Assembly (NCBI GenBank): GCA_902787665.1
Contig: CADAHF010000001.1
Span: 2,757 to 66,756 of the forward strand
DNA length: 64,000 nt
Direction of reading: 5' to 3'
Source of the DNA: an uncultured Pseudomonadota bacterium
GTDB taxonomy: Bacteria > Pseudomonadota > Alphaproteobacteria > Rs-D84
Every line of letters starts with the position of its first letter. Position 1 is the stretch's first letter. The notes below the pieces were generated by a model. It was given only the letters and a program-made list of their open reading frames with translations. It was not told the DNA's origin and did not search any database. This document shows positions 1-8,604 of this stretch, in pieces. A program made the translations under genes and the position numbers.

Positions 1-408
1 GAAGAGGGCATTTTTCCAAATGAAAAATCAATAGATGATGGCAGTATCGAAGAAGAAAGAAGATTAGCATATGTTGCGATTACGCGTGCACGCAGACGCG
101 CGGTAATTTCCAATGCTATGACACGTATGGTATTTGGTTCGCGACAATATAATTCGCCATCACGATTTATTACCGAAATGGATAATCTTTTCCTGGATTT
201 TCAAGGGGGCGCCCCGCGCGCCTATTCAACATCGTATAATGTAAAAATAAAAACACATGATGTTCCAAAAACAATGGTTGGTAAACTGGTTTCACATAAT
301 GAGATGGGGCACGGAACAGTTATTGCTGAAAATGGCGATGTATTAACAGTTGCGTTTGGAAAATGTGGAATAAAAAATGTTATGAAATCTTATTTAACGA
401 TTTTATAA
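1..408 (+). CDS. UvrD/Rep/PcrA-family DNA helicase, C-terminal fragment (5' end lies outside the window)
   Basis: The frame is open from nt 1. The translation (...LAYVAITRARRRAVISNAMTRMVFGSRQYNSPSRF...) carries helicase motif VI (VAxTRA) and the usual UvrD C-terminal tail. Confidence 0.6.
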   Translation, partial: EEGIFPNEKSIDDGSIEEERRLAYVAITRARRRAVISNAMTRMVFGSRQYNSPSRFITEMDNLFLDFQGGAPRAYSTSYNVKIKTHDVPKTMVGKLVSHNEMGHGTVIAENGDVLTVAFGKCGIKNVMKSYLTIL

Positions 409-410
409 AA

Positions 411-1709
411 CTATTTCTTGCTCTCACCATATGCCTTGGCCCAGGACTTTGCGGTTTTATATGTGTCTTGGATGACGGTTTTGATGTCTTCGGCAAATTT
501 TTTGCCAGTACCATCGTCCAATCCATCAAGTTTTTTATCGGTAACAATCTTACGTGCAGTATCGTCTGCCTTGTTTGCAAGCCATGCTGTTAATGCGCCA
601 GTAAGCAATAATGGTATAAATCCATCGTTTTGTAATGTTGGTATTTGGGTTGATGTATTTGTATCAATTACCCCAGACAACAATGCGGCACAAATCGCAA
701 TAACAATAGACAATGTTATAAAATAAATCGTTGCATTGATAAATCTGTTTATTTGTTTATCAAGTTTTACTTCGCCCCCATTAAACAGACCAATAAACGA
801 ATTAAATATATTACCAATTGGTCCCTTATATGATGTCTGCGGAACTGTTTCTGCAAATGCGGTAAATGGTAATAACAACACCCCCAAGAATAAGTTCATA
901 ATAACCGATAATGCCATTAATGCAAATTTCCATGTGTTCCATGCAAATATCACAACAAATATCGCGCCCATGACAAATGTAAATATACTGTGTCCGACAC
1001 CCGCTATCATCCATTTCCAACCTGTTGCAATTGCGGTTACAAAAAATCCAGAAAGGCGTGTTGGTAAACATAAAACATCTGCAGCGGCGGTTGCATCTAC
1101 TATCATACCAGATGGCACTGTCGTCGCGGCATATTGATGAATCGCACCACATGTGTCTGGAATTGTTATGCCAGCTGTTGCGGTTATTGCGTTTAATATA
1201 AAGTCCGCAATAAATGTCCCCAGCGCTATGACAGGTCCAACAACATACAGAAATAATTTGGCGGGACCAATTTGCAATACGGATATCCAAATAATAAGAA
1301 TGATTGATTTTTTGACTATTTCTTTGACCAGTTTGTTTGCATTACTGTCGCCAGTCATCATATTATATGCTTCCAGTGTTATCCAAAAAGCATACATAAT
1401 AATTATAAATATAATCATAAATCTAATAAATGATGTATCCAGTATTTTTGCAATTTGGTTAAGGCCGTTCATCATCGCGATGCCAACGCGTGCCTCAACC
1501 GGAACATAGTCACGTGTAATTTGATTTTGAAACGCAGATTGAAATTCTACCAAATCACCGTGTTCACCAACAAGATTATCAACAAAGATTTGTCTGTTGT
1601 GTTCCGTTGCAAAAATATCACCAGTTTCGGCAAAAGATGATGTGACACACATCACAAGTAATGTTGCGATAATTATTTTCGATAAAAATTTAACTATGTG
1701 TTTTATCAA
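411..1709 (-). CDS. VirB6/TrbL-like polytopic inner-membrane protein, paralog 1 (T4SS)
   Basis: 432 aa. N-terminal signal/anchor helix, a periplasmic loop of about 60 aa, then at least 5 TM helices rich in W/F/G, and a Lys-rich C-terminal tail. Its ATG overlaps the stop of the upstream paralog (ATGA). It is one of five paralogs with the same architecture. Confidence 0.5.
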   Translation of the reverse strand: MIKHIVKFLSKIIIATLLVMCVTSSFAETGDIFATEHNRQIFVDNLVGEHGDLVEFQSAFQNQITRDYVPVEARVGIAMMNGLNQIAKILDTSFIRFMIIFIIIMYAFWITLEAYNMMTGDSNANKLVKEIVKKSIILIIWISVLQIGPAKLFLYVVGPVIALGTFIADFILNAITATAGITIPDTCGAIHQYAATTVPSGMIVDATAAADVLCLPTRLSGFFVTAIATGWKWMIAGVGHSIFTFVMGAIFVVIFAWNTWKFALMALSVIMNLFLGVLLLPFTAFAETVPQTSYKGPIGNIFNSFIGLFNGGEVKLDKQINRFINATIYFITLSIVIAICAALLSGVIDTNTSTQIPTLQNDGFIPLLLTGALTAWLANKADDTARKIVTDKKLDGLDDGTGKKFAEDIKTVIQDTYKTAKSWAKAYGESKK

Positions 1710-3145
1710 CTTTTCTTACCCATTCCTGCGGTTATCTTTTCTGTGATTTGTACTGGCAGATTCCAAATGTTTTTACCCAATTGTTTTATGTTGCCGCCAA
1801 AGTCAAAATCAGATTCGTCCTTAACCGGTGCAAAGATTTTATCAATTTCTGGTGATACAACCCAATAGTATAATGCAAATATGCCAATCATCATCATTAA
1901 AAATCCCCATCCGTCACTCAGGAAATCAAATGCACCCGGATAACGACGTTCAACAGTTGCGCGATGTGCAGTAAAACAGTTTTTAAATTTACCAGCATCC
2001 ATTTTGCCGTCCACCAATGCGACATGTTCGCATTCGGTAAAAGTGTTCATTACTGATAATGTTTTTGCGTCTGGGTTTTGTATTGTTTGCGACAACATTG
2101 GTGGTAATACCGTACTGAACCCATCGACTGGTCCTGGAAAATGTGCATCAGCAGCAAAAGATACCGTTGCATAAATCACAATGATTTTAAGTGATATTGC
2201 AACAATCTTGACCGCAGCAGTTGCCAACATTCCAATCGCTTTTGTGAACAAACCAGATGCTGTTTTCCAAACATTTTCAAAAGCTGCGGCGGCGATAAAT
2301 ATCGGCATAAATATAATTATGAATATCAATTTAAATACAACAGATAAGACCTGGAAAAATAAATCAAAACCGATTACCAAAAACATTATAACCAACATAA
2401 GCCCTGCAAGCCATGTTATTGCGCCACCACCCATACCCATCCATGCATAATTCATCATTGAAAAGCCCCCGGCAGCGCCCGCTAGCATTGTTGCATTAAG
2501 GTTGCCAATGGAACACATGAACGGTTGTAATACGGGGTTTAATATGTCGTCGTTTTTTTCAACCGTGTCTAATGCACCGCATTTTGTTGAATCAGAAACG
2601 CCTGTTGCTGCCATGCCAAGTTCTGCACCAACAAACATTACCGGTGTTACTGTTACGCGTGTTACATATCGCAACGCTGTTGTTCCACCCATACCAAGTG
2701 TTCCAAGTAATACACCACAAATTAAAATGCGACTGCCGGTACGCCATACTTTGTCGAACCATGGCTTTAATTCAATTTTCTTTTCAGATGTATCAATTTT
2801 AGCAGTCTTTTTTGCTGCGTCATATATATATTGTCCAGTATGGATAAATAAAAATACACCAAAACCAATCGCCATAATTATCCACAACAGATTTACAATT
2901 TTTGACCAAAACATTTCTGTTGCGTCACCCAATACACCAAACAGGTCTGCAACATACTTACATAAAAAACATCCATTTGTATTTGCGATGTCACCTTCTG
3001 CACCAATTGCATTAAGGAAATTATCCATACTGGTGTATGTAATGGAATCGCCACTGATTGAAGACGATAAATACCAAATGCCCAATCCCAACGCGATTGC
3101 GCCGATTACAAATTTAACGATAAGCAAAATTATTTTTGCCTTCAT
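1706..3145 (-). CDS. VirB6/TrbL-like polytopic membrane protein, paralog 2
   Basis: 479 aa. Same topology as paralog 1. The N-terminal periplasmic loop carries a CxxC motif (NGCFLCKY). ATGA overlaps occur at both ends. Confidence 0.5.
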   Translation of the reverse strand: MKAKIILLIVKFVIGAIALGLGIWYLSSSISGDSITYTSMDNFLNAIGAEGDIANTNGCFLCKYVADLFGVLGDATEMFWSKIVNLLWIIMAIGFGVFLFIHTGQYIYDAAKKTAKIDTSEKKIELKPWFDKVWRTGSRILICGVLLGTLGMGGTTALRYVTRVTVTPVMFVGAELGMAATGVSDSTKCGALDTVEKNDDILNPVLQPFMCSIGNLNATMLAGAAGGFSMMNYAWMGMGGGAITWLAGLMLVIMFLVIGFDLFFQVLSVVFKLIFIIIFMPIFIAAAAFENVWKTASGLFTKAIGMLATAAVKIVAISLKIIVIYATVSFAADAHFPGPVDGFSTVLPPMLSQTIQNPDAKTLSVMNTFTECEHVALVDGKMDAGKFKNCFTAHRATVERRYPGAFDFLSDGWGFLMMMIGIFALYYWVVSPEIDKIFAPVKDESDFDFGGNIKQLGKNIWNLPVQITEKITAGMGKKS

Positions 3146-4347
3146 TTTTTATCGTCTTTCTTTTCTTCTTTCTTGTCTCCACCAGAAATGATGGTTGTGC
3201 CAACTTTCTTGACCGTATCAAATGTTGCCATGGTTAATGTTTCAACATCGTTTGCCAGTTGTTCGCTTAATGGTTTTTCCGGATTCAAGTTAAATGCAGA
3301 CATAACCATATTTGATACATTTGGTATTTGGTCTTGTATAAAGTTTATCACATATATCAATGCGACCATCCCCATTAATGTTATGGATAATATGTTTTCG
3401 CCAGACAAATCCATATCAAATATATTTCCTGTTGTAATTGCGTTCATAATGTCTACCGTTCCAGTATCTGGGGATGAAAAGAACTTCGTAACAATTACCA
3501 TAATAACCGTATATGTTATAACTGCTGATGCCAGTGCTACAATTGCGTTAATAAGTTTTTTGATTTGTGTGCCACCAATGTTTTTGCCAAGTGCAGATAT
3601 CCACGCTGGTATGTCTTCTCCACTGCGAAAAGCGGTTAATACAAGTGATATTGGAAAGAAAAAAGCAAACATTGCCATTGCGACAATTATATCTGCGAAA
3701 TAACAACAAAATCTGAAAAACAACTTAAAGAAGCCATAGAAAATATATAATCCAATTGCAAATAAAATAACATGTTTAATTAATGCGCCAATTCCCAACA
3801 GCGCTTTCCAAGAAAAAGCCGTGTCCATTACAGCGACACCCATTTTCATATAGGATTGAAATTGTGTGATAGTTGTTTTCATCAGTACAATAATTTTGTC
3901 GCGCAGTTGTGGACGGAAAAAACCATCGTCTGATATTGGTAATGGTTGATAAGTTACCTTTTCATTAACAACACTTGAATCAATGTTTAGCATGCTTTGT
4001 GTATATATTGTCGCAATTTCTGCTGTTGGTTCAAAAGTGATTTGCGATATAAATCGTGGCAGAGTGACCCCAGTAAAAAGTAATGTCAATGCAATAAGCG
4101 AATTGATAATAACTGGGCGGACAGATTTTTGATACATGGGATCTGGGGCACCTTTTTTGATGTTTTGCCAAACCGCGTTAAGAACAAAAAATGCAAACAG
4201 TGTGCAAAACAAAATAGACATTAATAATGCCATACGGTCGTAAACACTTGCCGCCGCAGATGACACGATTTGAAACAGCCGATCAAATATCGGACATCCA
4301 TAACATTGGACAGTGTTATCAACAAAAGTGCCAATTACATTGTTCAT
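3142..4347 (-). CDS. VirB6/TrbL-like polytopic membrane protein, paralog 3
   Basis: 401 aa. CxxC in the N-terminal loop (QCYGCPIF), multiple TM helices, and a C-terminal tail KKEEKKDDKK. Translationally coupled to its neighbours. Confidence 0.5.
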   Translation of the reverse strand: MNNVIGTFVDNTVQCYGCPIFDRLFQIVSSAAASVYDRMALLMSILFCTLFAFFVLNAVWQNIKKGAPDPMYQKSVRPVIINSLIALTLLFTGVTLPRFISQITFEPTAEIATIYTQSMLNIDSSVVNEKVTYQPLPISDDGFFRPQLRDKIIVLMKTTITQFQSYMKMGVAVMDTAFSWKALLGIGALIKHVILFAIGLYIFYGFFKLFFRFCCYFADIIVAMAMFAFFFPISLVLTAFRSGEDIPAWISALGKNIGGTQIKKLINAIVALASAVITYTVIMVIVTKFFSSPDTGTVDIMNAITTGNIFDMDLSGENILSITLMGMVALIYVINFIQDQIPNVSNMVMSAFNLNPEKPLSEQLANDVETLTMATFDTVKKVGTTIISGGDKKEEKKDDKK

Positions 4348-5585
4348 TTGCTTTTAATCCATCCCACTGCTTTACCAATCGTTTTTCCTGTGCTTTTGAT
4401 ATTTCCCCACATTGTCTTTGTATCGCCTGTTACTTGGTTGTACAATGCCCCCATGTCTTTGCCTGCGTACGAATTTAATTGTTCGCGTGTTAAATTAAAT
4501 AATTTGAACATAAGATAGAAAGTCAATATTGATGACAACCATAATATAGAATGTTCGCCAAATGCGCCGTTGCTAATTACATCTGTGTCGCTGATAAAAA
4601 TTGAAGAATTCCATGTGAAAAGAGATTTTATTATCGCAACATTTATACCCAACATAAATGCACACATAATCATTGTGATAACAAGTTTTTTTAATGCGCT
4701 TGTTACCCCAGAAAACGCCGGCCAAATATCCAGCCATTTATCATTTGGTTTTGCAACATAAGACAAAACCTGGAACGGATAAAGTGTAAGCGCCATACCG
4801 AATTCAAAAATACCCTGTATAATAAGCAATGCCATAAACAAATTGCTGGCAAAGAAAGTTGATATTAAAATAAGACCAGTAATTATATTTAGAAACACAC
4901 CACCGCCATTTGGTACAAACATTCCGATCCCGGTTAAGCCACGCGTCAACGATTCAAACCCGCGTTTTATCATTGTGTTGTTTGCGGCTGACAAATCATA
5001 TACTGGCCTTATTAAAAAATCACAAGAAGATTTTGATATCCATGCTTTTTGAACGATAGATTCGGGACACTGCGCAACCCCAGTTGTTACACCAGTGTTT
5101 TGAATTGTTTCAGTTATGCTGTGCGTATAAAGTGAACCAAATTGCAGAAAAGGATTTACCAGAACTTCGGTTAAAACAACCGGGCGAATTTGTAATAATA
5201 AACCAGCGGCTATTATTGCACGAAAGCAGGGCTTCAAAACATTAAAAACAATTGTTTGTGGGTCGGCCTTGCCGTCAATCATTTCACCGCCACCAGAAAA
5301 ACCAAATGTTCCCAACCAATTTTTTGGCAGATACATTTTTACCAAATACATTGCAATAGTGATGGCCAAGAATCCCCAAACCAACAAATAAATTATGCCA
5401 TTGCCGTTTCCAACAAAAAATTCATATCCCCCAGATGCAATCGTCATCATCGCATCCAGTACCAATGGGACAAAAGGCGCCAGGTTGAACTTGTCAACAA
5501 AGCCACCGTCTGCCAATGCTGGCAACGGGACAACAAACATCGCCACTAATAAAAAACAAGGCAAAACTTTGCGAAAAAAATTCAT
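4344..5585 (-). CDS. VirB6/TrbL-like polytopic membrane protein, paralog 4 (first gene of the four-gene minus-strand operon)
   Basis: 413 aa. Cleavable-looking signal peptide (…PLPALADGG), multiple TM helices, Lys-rich C-terminus. Confidence 0.5.
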   Translation of the reverse strand: MNFFRKVLPCFLLVAMFVVPLPALADGGFVDKFNLAPFVPLVLDAMMTIASGGYEFFVGNGNGIIYLLVWGFLAITIAMYLVKMYLPKNWLGTFGFSGGGEMIDGKADPQTIVFNVLKPCFRAIIAAGLLLQIRPVVLTEVLVNPFLQFGSLYTHSITETIQNTGVTTGVAQCPESIVQKAWISKSSCDFLIRPVYDLSAANNTMIKRGFESLTRGLTGIGMFVPNGGGVFLNIITGLILISTFFASNLFMALLIIQGIFEFGMALTLYPFQVLSYVAKPNDKWLDIWPAFSGVTSALKKLVITMIMCAFMLGINVAIIKSLFTWNSSIFISDTDVISNGAFGEHSILWLSSILTFYLMFKLFNLTREQLNSYAGKDMGALYNQVTGDTKTMWGNIKSTGKTIGKAVGWIKSK

Positions 5586-5656
5586 TCTCTCTCTTATCTA
5601 TATTTTTATCTTTTCAATTATATCACATTTGGGACAAAATATGATATACTTAAAAC

Positions 5657-6943
5657 ATGCGTTGGTTAAAAAATTTTTGGTTGGTGTTTTTATCGTTCTT
5701 GCCGTTTTCGGCAGGCGCGGTTGCGCCATTGGTCGTTGGGGCGATTGCTGGCGGGGTTGTTTTGGCCGGTTTTTCAATATATCGCACATCAGTACCGGTG
5801 AATATGAGTGACGCTTTTCATTTCTTTTCATCGTGTTGGACATGCCAAATGTTTTCGGATGTTATCGGGACGGTTTCAAACGCTTTGCCCGGTATATATA
5901 GCACCATTGGTATGTTTATAATTCCGTTTACCGCGGCATTACTGGCAATATGGTTGGCGTGGCAGTTGATTGATAGTTATATGAACGGAAAAAATATAGA
6001 ACCATGGTCAATTACTGGTGATTTTGGTGTTCGTATATTAAAACTGGGGGTGGTGTGTGCAATGTTGGTTGCGCCACTGCCGCGTATGATAAACGATATT
6101 GCAATTGAACCGATTTTTAGCATTGGTATGTCGCTTAATCATGCGGTGACGGGGGACGAACGGTTTAATACTTGTGTTGTTGCAACCGCAATTGCGGACC
6201 CAGTATCAATATCAGATACAGCGGCATCTAAAGGCGCTTTTTCACCAAAATTGCGGCATAATTTGGCTTGTGAATTGGGTGTTGTTCATGAAATGACTGG
6301 AATTGGTATGACTGCGGGTTGGACATTGATGAATATGGCATTTAATGAACAATATATGCATAAAATTATGAACACCATACCGATATTCCCCAATGTTTTA
6401 GCTTTCTTTGCGGGTTTGTTGATAATTGTGCTGTTCTTTGCGGCGTTATTGCCAATACCATTGTTCTTTCTTGAGATTTTTGTGAAACTTGCGCTGGATT
6501 TGGTGATGTTGCCATTGTCTCTTATGGCGTGGATTTTCCCAGGTTGGTCGATTTTGCCAGATGGGCGGAAAAATATTAAATCAATTATAAATGATGTTGT
6601 TGCGGCAACAGTTGGAATTGCAATGACTGGAATATTCGTCACTTTTGCGGTTATGTTTATAAATGTGGCATTTGGTGCATGGGGTGGTGTGTCGGCGTTG
6701 TCGGCTGCATTTGCGCAAAACGATTCGCAAATTTTAATGGATGGTATAATGATGCGTAATGACAGTATCGTAACAATAATACTTATGGGTGTATTTATTG
6801 CCATGTTTATGGTATCTATTCCTGCGCTGGTTAAGAGTTTGTTCAACGTAACAATATCTGACGATTTTTATAAAACGACAAAAAACAATATCGAAACGGT
6901 GTGGGCAAACCTGCAGAAAATCTATAAAGAAATAAAAAAATAA
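5657..6943 (+). CDS. VirB6/TrbL-like polytopic membrane protein, paralog 5 (divergently transcribed)
   Basis: 428 aa. N-terminal TM helix, CxxC loop (SCWTCQMF), at least 6 TM helices, C-terminus ...KIYKEIKK. A 71-bp AT-rich divergent intergenic region (5586-5656) separates it from paralog 4. Confidence 0.45.
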   Translation: MRWLKNFWLVFLSFLPFSAGAVAPLVVGAIAGGVVLAGFSIYRTSVPVNMSDAFHFFSSCWTCQMFSDVIGTVSNALPGIYSTIGMFIIPFTAALLAIWLAWQLIDSYMNGKNIEPWSITGDFGVRILKLGVVCAMLVAPLPRMINDIAIEPIFSIGMSLNHAVTGDERFNTCVVATAIADPVSISDTAASKGAFSPKLRHNLACELGVVHEMTGIGMTAGWTLMNMAFNEQYMHKIMNTIPIFPNVLAFFAGLLIIVLFFAALLPIPLFFLEIFVKLALDLVMLPLSLMAWIFPGWSILPDGRKNIKSIINDVVAATVGIAMTGIFVTFAVMFINVAFGAWGGVSALSAAFAQNDSQILMDGIMMRNDSIVTIILMGVFIAMFMVSIPALVKSLFNVTISDDFYKTTKNNIETVWANLQKIYKEIKK

Positions 6944-7011
6944 AAAATCAAGCACTTTATTTTACATCACCCCCTTTTTTATTACGCCCGAATCTGATAT
7001 AATTCACATCA

Positions 7012-7521
7012 ATGAAGCAGTTTCCGATTCTTTATTGGCCGCGTAAGACAACTGGGGATACGATATACCAGTTGGCGCGTAAGGTTATAAATTCGGCAAC
7101 TGGTGAAATGCCTGATGTTGTTACATCTGATTTGGACTTTCCAAAGATATTCGAATCGAATCCAAATGCGGTCGTTTATTACCCAGTGTTTTGCGAATCG
7201 ACGGGCTGGTGGGGTGAATTGTTGGGGGGTGGCGCGGTTGTCACTGATAAGATAATAATTTCCCCGGAATGTCAGTTGATGGTTATAAAGGCGGAAAATA
7301 ATGCTACGGCACATGGTTCACATCAATTGTTTGCAGCAGAAATTTACCCAGCAAGTGGATTCTTTAAGAAAATGAATTCATCAATTGCAACGGTCGCAGA
7401 TATGTTGGCCACAGACGCCGGAACAATTCTGGCGCTTTTTTCAGGAAAAAATCAGAATCAGTTTGTAAATGTGTTGGAAATGACCGGAAATTCTTACCTT
7501 GGGTGTATTGGTCATTATTAA
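7012..7521 (+). CDS. hypothetical protein (169 aa, no signal peptide or TM)
   Basis: Clean ORF directly downstream of VirB6 paralog 5. No family recognised by eye. Confidence 0.35.
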   Translation: MKQFPILYWPRKTTGDTIYQLARKVINSATGEMPDVVTSDLDFPKIFESNPNAVVYYPVFCESTGWWGELLGGGAVVTDKIIISPECQLMVIKAENNATAHGSHQLFAAEIYPASGFFKKMNSSIATVADMLATDAGTILALFSGKNQNQFVNVLEMTGNSYLGCIGHY

Positions 7522-7536
7522 ATTCGCGAATATCGC

Positions 7537-7564
7537 TTGATTTATCGAAAATTGTTTGTATAAT
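7537..7564 (+). promoter_or_regulatory. sigma70-type promoter for rpmE (TTGATT-16 nt-TATAAT)
   Basis: Near-consensus -35 TTGATT (7537-7542), a 16-nt spacer, and -10 TATAAT (7559-7564). It lies about 30 nt upstream of the rpmE start. Confidence 0.5.
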
Positions 7565-7594
7565 CACGGGGCTAAAAATCAAAAGGGTTATGCT

Positions 7595-7807
7595 ATGAAA
7601 AAAGGAATTCATCCAGAATACCATGAAATCAATGTCACAATGACTGATGGCAAAACGGTAAAAATGTATTCTTCGGTCAAGAAAGATTTGGTTTTGTCTA
7701 CGGATAATTTGAATCATTCTGCTTGGACTGGTCAACGCGCAAATACTGGTGATCGTGGTCAACGCGCGGCTGAATTTAAGAATAAGTTTGCTGGTTTCAA
7801 TTTTTAA
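7595..7807 (+). CDS. rpmE: 50S ribosomal protein L31, Cys-less (non-zinc-binding) form
   Basis: MKKGIHPEYHEINVTMTDGKTV... is the canonical L31 N-terminus. RBS AAAAGGG upstream. The ORF-track start at 7556 lies inside the promoter, so 7595 is preferred. No CxxC motifs. Confidence 0.8.
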   Translation: MKKGIHPEYHEINVTMTDGKTVKMYSSVKKDLVLSTDNLNHSAWTGQRANTGDRGQRAAEFKNKFAGFNF

Positions 7808-7825
7808 TAATTTTGGGGTCGCAAA

Positions 7826-8530
7826 ATGGAATTGCTGATTAAGGGTTCAACGGAATTAAACAAAATGTTTATGGCGTTGCAACGCACGGCAACCAGTTTG
7901 CGCCACGATTTCGGAGAGGTCGAAAATCTGCAACAATCATTGCGTGGGGCGCGCGACTTTGTACAAAAGGCCGAATCCCGAATCGAAGAAAGTATTTTAT
8001 CTGATTTAATGTTGGTGCGCCCAAGCGCGGGTCTGCTTACCCCAAATGTATCAAAGGTGGGTGACGGGCGCGATGAATTTGTGTTGGCATTGTCTGGGGC
8101 GGCAAATTTTGTGCGTGCAAATCCACATTTTGCAATATCGTTAGCGTTGCGTTCAAATGATGAAACACAAATCGCATTGGTTTATTCGCCAATTGATGAA
8201 CGTTTGTATTACGCAGAACGGGGTGCGGGTGCATATGCTTTTTCGGCATTTCATTCTGCACGGATTAAGGTTTCTAATATCAAAGAAGAATCTAATTTAA
8301 CGATTGCTTATAACACGACTGATAACCGCAAAACAATTGGTGATGTTCGTCGGACTGGGTGTCCTGCATTGGATATGGCATGGGTTGCATCTGGTAAATT
8401 TGATGGATTTGTGTCAGAACCGCTTGATTTTGCAGAAATCGCCGCTGGGGAATTACTGGTGCGTGAAGCTGGTGGAAAAATCGATATGGGTGCGGACTTG
8501 GTTGTAACAAACGGTCAGATTGAATTATAA
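7826..8530 (+). CDS. inositol monophosphatase (SuhB/IMPase) family protein with degenerate active site (probable pseudoenzyme)
   Basis: The fold-level motifs of SuhB are kept (…NFVRANPHFAISLAL…, …RRTGCPALDMAWVASGKFDGF…, …AAGELLVREAGG…). The metal-binding residues are replaced: EE→PN and DPLDGT→ALSGAA. Confidence 0.6.
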   Translation: MELLIKGSTELNKMFMALQRTATSLRHDFGEVENLQQSLRGARDFVQKAESRIEESILSDLMLVRPSAGLLTPNVSKVGDGRDEFVLALSGAANFVRANPHFAISLALRSNDETQIALVYSPIDERLYYAERGAGAYAFSAFHSARIKVSNIKEESNLTIAYNTTDNRKTIGDVRRTGCPALDMAWVASGKFDGFVSEPLDFAEIAAGELLVREAGGKIDMGADLVVTNGQIEL

Positions 8531-8532
8531 GA

Positions 8533-8560
8533 AAGCGCATCGGAAGATGCGTTTTTTGTT
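8533..8560 (+). terminator. rho-independent terminator after the IMPase-like gene
   Basis: GCGCATCGGAAGATGCGT hairpin followed by TTTTTTGTTTTT. Confidence 0.6.
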
Positions 8561-8604
8561 TTTATTTGCAAAGAATAAATATTTATCTTAAACTAAAAAA
8601 CATT

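Noticed and set aside
5598-5843. 81-aa minus-strand ORF spanning the divergent promoter region and the start of VirB6-like paralog 5
   Set aside because: It overlaps the 5' end of a supported CDS and the AT-rich intergenic region. Arg/Lys/Pro-rich composition is typical of spurious frames.
8566-8604. TTG start for mrcA used by the ORF track
   Set aside because: The TTG lies inside the upstream terminator T-run. The ATG at 8605, directly before the TM anchor, is more plausible.
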